64,000 nucleotides of DNA from Octopus vulgaris (Eukaryota). The notes under the pieces are model-generated. The model did not search any database. It saw only the letters and a list, made by a program, of their open reading frames with translations, and was not told the origin of the DNA. The position numbers and the translations under genes are program-made. Shown one piece after another: positions 31,381 through 43,266 of the stretch. The stretch spans positions 103,106,001 through 103,170,000 of the forward strand of contig OX597822.1 of NCBI GenBank assembly GCA_951406725.2, given 5' to 3'. Position 1 is the first letter of the stretch, and each line of letters opens with the position of its first letter.

Positions 31381-31895
31381 ACTCTGTAAACATTCGGGTT
31401 ACGTTTCCAGTTCTAAAACAACTCCCTTCCTTCGTCCTAATTTAGGAGACCCTATAAAAAAAAGTCTTGGACTTTACCCTTCCTTCTCTATGTCATATAA
31501 AAACAACAAAAGCGACAATACAAACAAAGGTATCCTTCTATTAAGACTGCGATGTTTGATTTGAAGGAGATTTGGCTGTACTGTTTAGCAAATTGAACAA
31601 CCGCACAGAATACTCCTTTCCTCATTGCTTATAACATTGATTTGTTCGTGCAATGTTTCGGTTATATAACGAAAGTGGTTAATGACCGTAATTAAATAAT
31701 TGCTAGTGTGTCTGAACAACAAATATATTTCGATATACACAACTCGCGCCACCAAAAGTTTTTCGCATTTTGATAAAACTTCAGAACAAAAGAAATGTAG
31801 GCAATGTTTTCGAATATTTTGCAGGGCAGAAACGGTTTAGGAATCTAACATCTATCGAATTGTTTTAATTTGCATTATTATTAGCTTAAACTTAC

Positions 31896-32588
31896 CTGGA
31901 AAGTCTGTACTAGTTCATCATCAAGCTGAACGTCCCCATCTGGAGCAATATCAATGGACTCAGCATGCCAGTCAGGGTTCAAGTTGGTTAAAAGTACCTG
32001 CATTTCGGTCCGGGGCATCTTCATGTGGCAAGACAAACACTCGACACGATGGGAACAACCGTGCAGTTCTGTCAATCGTTTAGTACCAGCTTTTGAATGC
32101 AAAGCATCGACATTTTGTGTGATCAACCAGTGTAACTGGCCAGATTTTTCCCAGGACGATAGAACATAATGAACAGTATTTGGCTGGAATGAAGAAAACT
32201 GCGGCCAGGCAACGAAGTTCCTTGCCCAATACCTCTGTCGCCGGTCGCTATTTCTAAGGAACTCTTGGTATCGTATAGGCGTATGGTTGCTTCGTGCGTA
32301 CATCCCGACTTCCTCCGATCGGTAATCAGGAATTCCACTTTCGGTGGAGACACCTGCTCCCGTCAAAACTGTGATCGTTTTGTTGTTCTGCAGAAAATTC
32401 CTGATTATGTCGAGGTGGTGGTTTTCCACGGCCTTGCTTTTTGGAACGAACATACTCCGGTAACGTTTGAACACGAATAGATCATTGTTTCTCAATACAG
32501 AGAGTAAATTCGCACAGAAAGTATCCTTGATTGCTCTGGTGATCATTTTGGTGCGATAAACACGGCCCGATCGTCCGTTACATAACAT
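31896..32588 (-). CDS. SIRT4: SIRT4 (mitochondrial NAD-dependent sirtuin) coding exon 1
   Basis: Arg-rich N-terminus, then TGAGVSTESGIPDYRS, RQRYWARNFVAW, ITQNVDALH, ELHG, CLSC and APDGDV. Donor CAG|GTAAG after 31896. 693 nt, phase 0. Confidence 0.95.
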
Positions 32589-32756
32589 CGAAAACTTACA
32601 AAAAAAAACAGCAAAAGTTGTTTTGGTTAAGCCTTCTTAACCAAAAGGGGAAATAACTACGTCTTCCTTACAACAAAACCTGGAGTTGTCTTCCCATTTG
32701 CGAAAGGGTTAATAAATGACATTCTAGGCTGTACTTTTACTAATTGAACTTAGGCG

Positions 32757-33021
32757 TTTGACCCGAGCCAAAAAACAAAAGAAAAATAGTGCGGTAGGTG
32801 TAACACAACTTGCTCTAAACGAATATATACTATTTTTCTTTTCTTTCTTGGCTCTGGTAAGGCAATTCGGAACATTCACGATGGGAATTTTCCGAGGCCT
32901 CTCCCCCACCCCGCTTTTGCGAGCGCGCATTTTGTTTTCATATTCGTTTAGAGCAAGTAGTTTTACACCTATTACACTATTTCTCTTTTTTCTTTTCTTT
33001 TTTTTTTTGGCTCGGGTCAAA
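32757..33021. mobile_element. MITE-like inverted repeat just upstream of SIRT4
   Basis: tttgacccgagccaaaaaa..tgctctaaacgaatat pairs with atattcgtttagagca..ttttggctcgggtcaaa. Confidence 0.7.
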
Positions 33022-33043
33022 CTCTTTAGTTTAACCCAAAATA

Positions 33044-33444
33044 TCTTTATATATAAAAGTGAGGTTGTGTGCTGTCTGTCTTCTACGATTTAGATTCCTA
33101 ACTACTCCCACATTTTGCGGTGCAGTTTAACCAAAACTGGGTATCTTATAGTCGTGATTCATATCGAGCCCTTCTGGGTATTAGCGCGCGTCTACGATGA
33201 GTATACGATTTAAAAAAAATTTACCATAATTTTTTCCCATTTTTAATGCATTTTTTTGCTATTACATAAGGGAAGTAACTCTCTAAAAATGTATTATTAA
33301 ATCTCAGAACGTAAAAAGCTACAGTAACACCCCGCGCCCTTTGTGGTTAGCCATATTGAGATGGCTATTATACTTTACATCTCTAAAAATGCTTATATAG
33401 TTATTTCCCTTACAAACCCGAGCAACGCCGGGCGATACTGCTAG
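33044..33444 (+). mobile_element. Non-autonomous Helitron
   Basis: A|TC start, 3' hairpin cccgagcaacgccggg and CTAG|T end. The 5' ~200 bp match 63650-63855 in reverse complement. Confidence 0.85.
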
Positions 33445-34189
33445 TTTTTACTAAAAAAAAAAACAAAAACAGTGAAATTGGAGTAATAGTTTTACAAAAC
33501 TGAACAGTGAGAAAACTTAATGAAAAAAAAATAAAAAATATATAATCAAAACAGAGATAACACTAAATAATTATTAGATGTATCGAATAAAGTGATGGAA
33601 AGTAGTCAGTAGCATAGGCGCAGGCGTGATTGTGTTGTAAGAAGCTTGCTTCCCGACCACTTGGTTCTGGGTTCAGTCCCACTGCATGGCACCTCGGGCT
33701 AACGTCTTCTGTTATAGCCAAAGATCGACCAAATCCTTGCGAGGGATTTGACAGACGGAACGAGAGAAAGCGTTAGAGAGAGATTGTGCCTGTGTTTGTC
33801 CCCTACTACCACTTGACAACCGGTGTTGGTGTGTTTACGTCCCTGTAAATTAGTGGTTCGGCAAAAGGCACCGATAGAATAAGTACCAAGCTTTAAGAAA
33901 AAAAGGTACTTGGGTCGGTTCATTCGACTAAAAATTCTCCAAGGCGATGCCCCAGCATGGCCGCAGTCTAAGGACCAAAACAAGTGAAAGATATAAGATA
34001 ACTTACTGCAGATTTTATTGAGTTGTTAAAACAACCGTCTGTTTACACCCAGTCAGTAAGCGGGTGGATGGAGGAAAGTAAAGAGTCAAGGCTCGCGTGG
34101 AAGAAGCGTGTTAGCGTGACAGAAAGAAGTTACTTGTTCTCTATGCGCTCAGGTTTAGGCACCTCTGGCTTTACCTGGATGGTGAGCAG

Positions 34190-34819
34190 GTGTGATCTCC
34201 GTTCGTCAAGCTGTTATTTCCACAGTTCACATCGTTTACCAAACTGAACCCATGGATCAAGTGTAGACCGAGGTTGGGCGTGTGACATGCAGAGTGCCAT
34301 CAGGCACTCGTGCTTCTCTCCCTGTTGGGCAACGCCGGTGGCGGGGGTACTACCTCGTTCTTCTATAGAGGGTTAGTAGAGTTTAAGTGTGACGACGTCC
34401 TGGGAGAAACCCTAGACTTCGACGAAGATCAACTGGCCTGCCAGTTCCAAAGAACATTCGGGCCGGGGCCTATGGATATTTACCAAAAGTTCCTGGCCTG
34501 GCAATGTTACAGAGGAGCTTTACCGGTTCGAGATAAACTCTTTAGACATGGGTGTGCGCCTTCGCCGGTTTGTGCAAGATGCGAGCGGGACAGTGAAACT
34601 GTCCTGCACGCGATTGTGCAATGCCCCAAGGTGACTGATCTTATGTCGACCGCTTCCTCCGCTTCATTTTTTGTAATTCACTCATTCTCATTTAATTGTA
34701 TATATTTTAATTGTTTGTTTATTCATACGTTTCGTCTCGTTCGATACCCTAACCCCAATGCTTGTTTTGTCTGTCCTCGTATCGCCCCCTCTTTTTCTCA
34801 ACTTTATGGTTAATAAAAA

Positions 34820-34822
<3 letters not shown>
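34190..34822 (+). mobile_element. 3' fragment of an L1/Tx1-type LINE (zf-RVT zinc-binding domain)
   Basis: FLAWQCYRGALPVRDKL..CARC..ETVLHAIVQC. Ends in aataaaaaa before a (CT)n tract. Confidence 0.75.
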
Positions 34823-34878
<56 letters not shown>

Positions 34879-35519
34879 TCTCTCTCAGAAATGACCAGTA
34901 TGCTCACTTGGTTCACTTGACTCACTTGGCTCGAAGCCGAAATAGGTTATTTTAAGTTCATCTCTGTTTCACCTACAATAATGGTTACTGGATTGCAAAT
35001 GCGCAATTAGAAAACACAGAATAAGGACGTGAAAACTCGGATTTTTGATCCTTGATCACGATTTTTTCTTTTTTTTTTTTTGTAACCCGCTTTAAACATT
35101 CACGGAATTACGTCGAGGATTGCAAGGCCGAAGCGTTGGAACAGCCAGACGCCTTCCTGAACATCATCTGATATTTTTGGGTGGTGGGACGTTAACTAAG
35201 GCAAAAACTTTCTTGTGAGCAGTCCAGCATCCTCACAGCGTCTCAAAATATACGGGTTGGAATTGTAATTAAAAAAATTTTCTTTTTTAGCATTGCCCCC
35301 AAATTTTTATTTTATAAATACTCCATGAAAATTAAAATTCGAATTTAATAATTGCATATATAACACGTGCATATATATGATGCATATATAATGCAAAACC
35401 AGATTAAAAGACAAAGCTAAAACCGAAGAAAACAAAAATGACCGTAACAAGAAAACAAAGAAAACGAAAGAAGAAAAAGAAGAAAAAAAAGTACCAATTC
35501 AACACTAGGTGCATCAATT

Positions 35520-36540
35520 AGTCAAATACCACAACGCTCAACGGAACCTACTGAAGCAAGCCAATGCTGCGAGTGAATGCCGCGAGCGTGTGCTCGCGGC
35601 GTTACTGCAGATGATGGTGAGGCTAAGGCGTTGGTGCAGCCAAGCACCCCCACGGGCATCACCTGATACCTCGGTGAGGCAAGCTGCTAACGATGACAAG
35701 AACTACATCATCATCATCATTGTACGCCCGTGGTCGAGACAATGGAATTTACCATGCTACGCCAGACTTCACGGTCCATCATGGCATTACGGAGGTCCTG
35801 TTGCTGGATGCCTGTATCCCTGGCGATTACATCAGGGTAGGAGAGTGTGCGCCCTCTGGTATTGCGGGTAGATGGCTTCCAGAGGAGAAGAGTAGAAATT
35901 ACCTCTTTTTCAGCTCTACAACAATGTCCAGCAAACTGGACTCTCTTACCTTTCACAAGAGATGACACAGGTGGTAGTTTCCCATATATTTGCATTTTGG
36001 TTGGATGGCGCTTCCACGAGAGAACTACGCTGCTACTGGCCCAGCCCCTTCAAATGTCTCAAAGGTCATAGGCTGGAAGAAATGGTTCACCAATCCGATA
36101 CTTAAGGATTCTATTCCGTTCGGCTACGGAAGCAGTGAACTTCCCATTTGTCGCAGCGGATGCAAAGGAGTCACAGACTGTAGCCTCCCAGATGAGGTAC
36201 CTATTTTTCACCGTGGGACAAAGGGTAAGACCACCTGGTCTCTTCCCATCGCATCTGGATAATTCTACCAGCCTCAAAACTGAAGGGATATTAACGGAAG
36301 TCAGAACCAGCTTAATGATAAGGTTTAGTTCGGTGTGACGAGTGAAACGACCAGCATTCAAGCGGCAAGACAAACCGCGAAAGCCTGTGGAATCGAGACG
36401 CTTACCACAGCGACTCCCAACCGCCCATAGACGTCGACTCCCACTCTGAGTGCAATGGAAATGTGGAGCTCATTCAGACTGAGTAGACGCCAATGTTGGC
36501 CACTAACAGGGCATCAATCCAGTTCCTCGAGAATTTCGTA
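35520..36540 (-). mobile_element. CRE-like non-LTR element C-terminus (restriction-like endonuclease), split by an RTE-type insertion
   Basis: SCRLNAGRFTRHTELN..DGKRPGGLT..LIWEATVCD (36059-36373). It resumes at ~35580-35700 as GDARGGAWLHQRLSLTIICSNAAS. Confidence 0.6.
35703..36000 (-). mobile_element. 3' fragment of an RTE/RTEX-like LINE
   Basis: RVQFAGHCCRA..LLLWKP..MMDREVWRSMV followed by a (TGA)n tail. Confidence 0.7.
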
Positions 36541-37128
36541 TTTGCGGAAAGTAGGCGACACTTCGAAATTGATCAGATTGATCAAAGAGAGAGAGAGAGA
36601 GAGTTGAACGCAGCACCTGAGCGCAGATTATCCTATACTCTCTGCTTCCATCTGTAGCGTATACTCGAGTGAAATTCCTCTCCCCTTTATTGTATATACG
36701 TACATTCGAACGTAGCAGATAACAGCTAGCCTTTGACCGCTATTAGGACCCCGCTATGTCCACTACTCTGATTAGTTGGTATTGGCGCAATTTGTCTCTT
36801 ACTCTGTCGCGTCAATATGCAGCGTTTAACCGATCGGAGCTCCTAAACAAGATTACGTGAGACAGCCTGTTCTCAATCCCGTTTTAGCCTACTGTTCCTT
36901 ATAAAAGCTCACCTTCTCCTTGTTTCGATGTCTTTCGTTCCAGACCTCTGTTGGTTCCAGTCTCACTTTTTTTCTGCACAGCTTTGACATGTGTGAGTGT
37001 TATATTTGTTGTTTCATTTAGGGTTACAATTGTTTCATGTTTTTTAAAACACTTTGTCACAATTGTTTTACTGCCTTACGACAGTCTGTTGGCGCTTTCC
37101 CTCGAAAGAGGGGGTAGCGCAAGTATTA

Positions 37129-38055
37129 ATGATGGAATACGAAAACCTCACCTCCTCGGAGCTTACGTCTTCTGAGGAGGAACTATTGAAGTCTGTCGAA
37201 ATGGATGAGCAGTTGAAGAAAAGAAATTTTACGACTGTCGTCAAGAGCCACAGCAACGAAGTCGAACTAAGAGAACTGAGTAAATATAAGAACATGCTTT
37301 GTAGGGACGGGTGCGAAGTAAAGGTGTTCCCTTCATAAGAAACTATGAAAGATCCCAAGGAGAAAACTATAATATATAGAACGTACTCCACGAAAATAAA
37401 GAAAATCGAAATAACGACGACCACACAAGTAGAAAAAATCTTGAAACCAATCTGGTAAGGAATTTCATACCTTGTCAGTGGAAGGAAGTTCGGAACAGTG
37501 GCGGTGCGTTTTCAAGAGGTAGCTACTGCTAGGTTACACTCGGCAACCCCGTTAAAAACAGAAGTGGTACTTCTACCCATATACCTTGGGAGACGTGCTT
37601 CAAGCATTTGGGTAGAAGATATACCACCAGAGATTGACGTAGCCTGGCTAGTAGCTGCCATACTGCTGGGCAATGAAGATAACAAAGTGGTCCTCCAGGC
37701 CACAAGAACAGCTCATAAGAATTGGCAAGAACTGGCCCTGGATATGATTATCCAGGGGTCCCCGGAGGACATCGAAAATATAGTAGAAACTATCGCTATA
37801 GAAGACGTGATAATCATGATCAGAATGGAGGTTAGGACCCCGCGTTGCTACAAGTGTGGCCTAAAAGGCCACATTAAAGCAGACTGTCCTCTGCCACCCA
37901 AAAAGCCCCAAGAAGGACCCGTGAGCAGGGAGGAAGCCGAATCTCCAGCGCCAACAAGAGAAAACGCAAGTGCTAAGGAAGAAGAAGCAAATAAAGAAGG
38001 CAATGAGTGGGGAGCGGTCGGAAAGAGAAAAAGAGAAAAGAGGGGGGGAAAATAA
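37129..38055 (+). pseudogene. Gag/ORF1-like retroelement protein with a CCHC zinc knuckle (in-frame stops)
   Basis: CYKCGLKGHIKADC knuckle and a basic W..VGKRKR tail typical of L1/Tx1 ORF1. The 5' portion is broken by stops. No adjacent RT seen. Confidence 0.65.
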
Positions 38056-38991
38056 GCCATTTGGATGTCGACCCCCATCCCACTGTCACCCCACAACCAC
38101 CAACACCCATTTTGCCCCATCCTCCTCTTACAGACACCAAACCTCCCCACTCCCCTCCGACACAAAGAAAAACGCAGACACACAAGAGCCCCCAAAACTT
38201 CCCCTCCCCTGGCCTGTGAAAAAATAAAATACGTAGTAATATACGACGGTTCAAATACAGAATCCTGCAACGAAATATACACTTGGGAAGTCTCAGTAAC
38301 AGTTAATACGGATACTTATACTGGGATATTATGGCGGTATAGTTGTGTTCTGGCAAAGAAGGATCAAATGTCAAAAACATTTAAATAAAATGAAGACTTT
38401 GAACATACCAACAAAACAAACAGAAGGCCTCAGTATAGACGGCAACTTCTAGACTGACAAGCCTTGAGCATCCTTGGTGTTGGATATCACGTTTTTTAAA
38501 ATTCTTATCACATGTCCCAGAGGTTCATAAACAAATCAAGAAAATTTGCTGGGAACAATTTTTTCCATTCCTTGAATACTTCTGAACCCAAGAGACTCAA
38601 CATTTTGGTTTCAAAAGCCTGCCACGATAATCGTTATAACGCTATAAATAATTGGATTAAGTAAGAGGAGACTTTGCATGTGGCTTATTAATCAGGCGGC
38701 CAATGCTGGATTGACTGGCATTGAAGATATTATCAAATATATATTTTTTTACTGCCCACAAGGAGCTAAACATAGAGGGGACAAACAAGGACAGCCAAAG
38801 GGATTAAGTCGATTACATCGATCCCAGTGCGTAACTGGTACTTTATTTAATCGACCCCGAAAGGATGAAAGGCAAAGTCAACCTTGGCAGAATTAGAACT
38901 CAGAACGTAACGACAGACGAAATACCGCCAAGCATTTCGCCCGGTGTGCTAACGTTTCTGCCTGTTCGCCGCCCTATATTATCAAATATAA

Positions 38992-39341
38992 TCTCTCTAT
39001 ATATAAACGGCAAAATGTCTGTGTGTGTGTCCTTTATACAAATCCACAATTTTTCAGTTAGAGGGCTCACACTTTCTGTGGTCATTCAAAACCGTCCAAG
39101 GGTGGTCGTGCACATCTTTACATTTCCCCAGTCACCCGGCAAAGCCATTAAAAAAATCAATAGAAGTGACTTTTTTGTTAATTTTCTATCCAAAACCCAA
39201 TTGAAATGTCCAATTGAATGCCAGCTAGCTGTATGTGATTGGTCAGAGATTTGAACAGTACTCGCGTATATGTGCGCACGCACGCAGCTGTATATGCATG
39301 CACTAGTACTATGACCCAGCAACGCCGGGTCACAGTGCTAA
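38992..39341 (+). mobile_element. Non-autonomous Helitron (second family)
   Basis: A|TC start, hairpin tgacccagcaacgccgggtca, CTAA end. An inverted homolog lies at 62650-63012. Confidence 0.8.
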
Positions 39342-40235
39342 TTCATTAAATAAAACAATAATGTAATTTTACAATTAAAGGGAATTAACACAATCCATTA
39401 CAATCATCAATAAATTTCAAGAACAATTATTTGCAAGTTTTAAGAAAGACTGAGCCCAAATGGATTCCGAATCCAATGGTGTACTCTTGATATGAATAGT
39501 GCCTGAGTGCACTAGCGTAGCAAGAGTGTGTGCCGCCCAGTGCGGCCCTTCCGTTTGCCGCTTCCGGACCCCACAAAATCACATATTGTCTATAGCAGAC
39601 CCAAAAGTGTCACCCGGGGTGGACCGCTCCTACCACCCTCCTTAGCTATGCCAGTGCTTGAATGTTTTTTTTTTTGGTCGGCTTTCAAAGGAGGATGCTT
39701 TCAAGGTCTCCCTTTACAAAATCATTGCAGGTTTGATGTGTGGTAGCTAGGCTGCGTTTGGATGATACATAGCCAAGGAAGGACAGAGAAGAACGAAAGG
39801 TCATGTTATCTGCATTGCAGTGGGCATTGTCGGATGTGATACATGCCCATCGCTAAAAGGGATGGGGTACTGGACGGCATTTCACCCTCGCTATTTAACG
39901 GTGCACCCTCAGATTTAGAAAATACAGTTTACAAAAATCTTCCTGCAATACAAATTTGTGCCTACTCTGAATGTTCTGAAGCACCCGCTGGCACCAATGT
40001 CTAGCGGCAGGCCTGATTTGACCGCAAATAGCTCAATGATACACAGAAGAAGGGAAGTAGAGAGCAGAACCGAATCCTGGAGATCAACAGAAGCAGGAGC
40101 AGAAAGAGTTCTATCTACACATGCCGCAAAGGAGCGATTTGATTGGAAACTACTCAAGAAACGAGAAGTGGATGCAGCTCGTAGGGGAAAGGTTTTGATT
40201 AGAGACACAGTCGGAGGCTTTGTATTTGTCTAGAG

Positions 40236-41350
40236 CAGGAGTCGCCAAACTTTTTCGACCATCGACCCCCTTTAGCCGCTTCTACCGCATCGACCCCCTT
40301 TAGCCACTTCTACAGCATCGACCCCCTTTAGCCACTTCTCCTTCCGCATTGACCACCTTCCTCATTTAAAATACCTGTTTCTTTATTAGCCACAAGGGGC
40401 TAAACATAGAGGGGACAAACAAAGACAAACAAACGAATTAAGTCGATTACATCGACTCCGGTGCGTAACTGGTACTTACTTAATCGACCCCAAAAGGATG
40501 AAAGGCAAAGTCGACCTCGGCGGAATTTGAACTCAGAACGTAACGGCAGACGAAATACCTATTTCCTTACTACCCACAAGGGGCTAAACACAGAGGGAAC
40601 AAACAAGGACAGACAAAGGGATTAAGTCGATTACATCGACCCCAGTGCGTAACTGGTACCTAATTTATCGACCCCGAAAGGATGAAAGGCAAAGTCGACC
40701 TCGGCGGAATTTGAACTCAGAATGTAACGGTTGACGAAATACCGCTTAGCATTTCGCCCGGCATGCTAACGGTTCTGCCAGCTCACCGCCTCATTTGAAA
40801 TATCTTAATACCCTTACCCTTCCCTACCGTGTCATATCTTAAATGCATACCGGGCACTGATGCTGGCAATTAAAATGTTAGCTAAAATATACATGTACGA
40901 CAAATTAAGAAGTTCTGTTGAAGATGACACACTTTTTATATTTAAAAGTACGCGTACAAGTATACAAGTATCAAACTTTCAATTTTTATAAAATTGTTTA
41001 CACGGTTAGAAAATGTGAAGAACACATCCCATTGCTGGAATATCTTTTATTGAAATTGACAATATCAATGCGAGGGATGAGCATGGCGATCCTGAATCAA
41101 GGCATTGATATCAGGCCGAATGTTGGTCAGTTTCAGTTCCAAATCGCCTCGTTCCTCCAGGTTCAGGCGATTCTTCTATTTGCTGAGGATTGCGTTTGCA
41201 CGGGTGAAACCAGCTTCCACCATTATATGAGCTGGGAAATGCCAGAAGGAACGGCTCAGCTGCCGCTTTAAGGTGTGGGTACCTTTCACTTGTTTTCTTG
41301 TACCAAAAGTCACTCAGACTTCTGGGTGAATGGTACCAAGTTTTGTAGGA
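40236..41350 (-). mobile_element. hAT (Charlie-like) transposon remnant with nested SINEs
   Basis: TIR-like caggagtcgccaaact preceded by gtctagag (NTCTAGAN-type site). The minus strand at ~41070-41260 reads FLLAFPSS...VEAGF...NRLNLEERGDLELKLTNIRPDI..HAHPSH, the hAT dimerization C-terminus. Confidence 0.7.
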
Positions 41351-42232
41351 GTGGACAAGATTCTTTATACGGCTGTAGGTATTCCCCCCCCCTTTCTCTC
41401 TTTTTTTCTTTAAAAATTTTTTATCCTAAAAGCTGTAGAGCAACTACGAGTGAACCATTTGGAGGATTTTTTTTTACTGTGGAAGATATATGAAGATCAG
41501 ATCTAAAAGGGTGGTTTCAGTCACTAGTTGTTTCTAAAGTGTCACGAGGAAACATTGATAGTGCTAGGGACAGAAGGCAACGAGAGAAAAACGACAAAAA
41601 CTAGCGGAGCTGACAGCGTGTGTGTGTGTATGTGTGTAAATCTTTTACACACACACACACGTTGGAAATGCGGAACATCATTCAATAGGTGCTGAGGAAA
41701 AGATATTTGAGTCTGTTTCCCCCACCTTTTTGTCCTATTGGTGTGACATATTTTGCCTGCTTAGACACCCACAGAACCACACACACGCGACGGAAACTGA
41801 AAGAAGCTCGTCCTGCGTGTATGTGTATATACTCTTTACTCTTTTACTTGTTTCAGTCATTTGACTGCGGCCATGCTGGAGCACCGCATTTTTTTAGTCG
41901 AGCAAATCGCCCCCAGGTCTTATTCTTTGTAAGCCCAGTACTTATTCTATCGGTCTCTTTTGCCGAACCGCTAAGTGACGGGGACGTAAACACACCAGCA
42001 TCTGTTGTCAAGCAATGCTAGGGGGGACAAACACACATACATACATATATATATATACATACATATATACGACAGGCTTCTTTCAGTTTCCGTCTACCAA
42101 ATCCACTCACAAGGCATTGGTCGGCCCGGGGCTATAGCAGAAGACACTTGCCCAAGATGCCACGCAGTGGGACTGAACCCGGAACCATGTGGTTGGTTAG
42201 CAAGCTACTTACCACACAGCCACTCCTGCGCC

Positions 42233-42265
<33 letters not shown>

Positions 42266-42488
42266 GTGTGTGTGTGTGTGTGTCTTTGTGTTTGTCCCCT
42301 ACCATCACTTGACAACCGATATTGGTGTGTTTACATCCCCGTAAATTAGCGGTTCGGCAAAATATATCGATAGAATAAGTACTAGGCTTACGAAGAGTAA
42401 GTCCTAGGCTCAATTTTTTTTGATTTAAAAACCTTAAAGGCGGTGCTCCAGCATGGTTGCAGTCAAATGACTGAAACAAGAATAAAAG

Positions 42489-42526
<38 letters not shown>

Positions 42527-42830
42527 CACGCACACCCACACAACCACACACACACACACACACGTATATATGTATATATATGTATATGTATGTGTGTGTC
42601 TGTGTTCGTCCCCCCCCCAACATCGCTTGACAACCGATGCTGGTGTGTTTATGTCCCCGTTACTTAGCGGTTCGGCAAAATAGACCGATAGAATAAGTAC
42701 TGGGCTTACAAAAGAATAAGTCCCGGGGTCGAGTTGCTCGATTAAAGGCGGTGCTCCAGCATGGCCGCAGTCAAATGACTGAAACAAGTAAAAGAGTAAA
42801 AGAGAGAGAGATATATATTTATATATTATA

Positions 42831-42879
<49 letters not shown>

Positions 42880-43136
42880 CATATATGAATGTGTACACAC
42901 ACACACACATATAAGCAATCTTATATTTAAAATAATTAAAAAAAATTGCATCAGCAACAACAACTGCATCTAGAACGTTCTTGTGGAGAAAAGAAATTTC
43001 ATTCACGAGCATTTCGTTTCGTCAAACACGTTCCCACATTTAGCTGAAACCCTTGCCAGCACACGTGTTGTTCGTCCATTACGCCAGTCATTTGTTTAGA
43101 AGAGAAATAAAAAATCGCCAGACAGAATTTCCCACA

Positions 43137-43266
43137 ATGGATCCAAAGAAGCTAGCAGATATGCTCAACAGATTCCGAGGTGGAAGTAAACCTCTCACAG
43201 CCGGACTCAGCCTTTTTGCCATGGCTGGTGGTCTCGCTTACGGCATTTCCCAGTCTATTTATACCG
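43137..43266 (+). CDS. PHB2: Prohibitin-2 exon 1
   Basis: MDPKKLADMLNRFRGGSKPLTAGLSLFAMAGGLAYGISQSIYT, then donor g|gtatg. 130 nt, phase 1. Confidence 0.92.

Noticed and set aside
39915-40233. Overlapping 91-97-aa ORFs
   Set aside because: No motif I can recognise. Probably a decayed transposon fragment.
43053-43136. N-terminal extension of PHB2 shown in the ORF track
   Set aside because: It starts at TTG. The ATG at 43137 has good context (acaATGg) and gives a normal PHB2 N-terminus.
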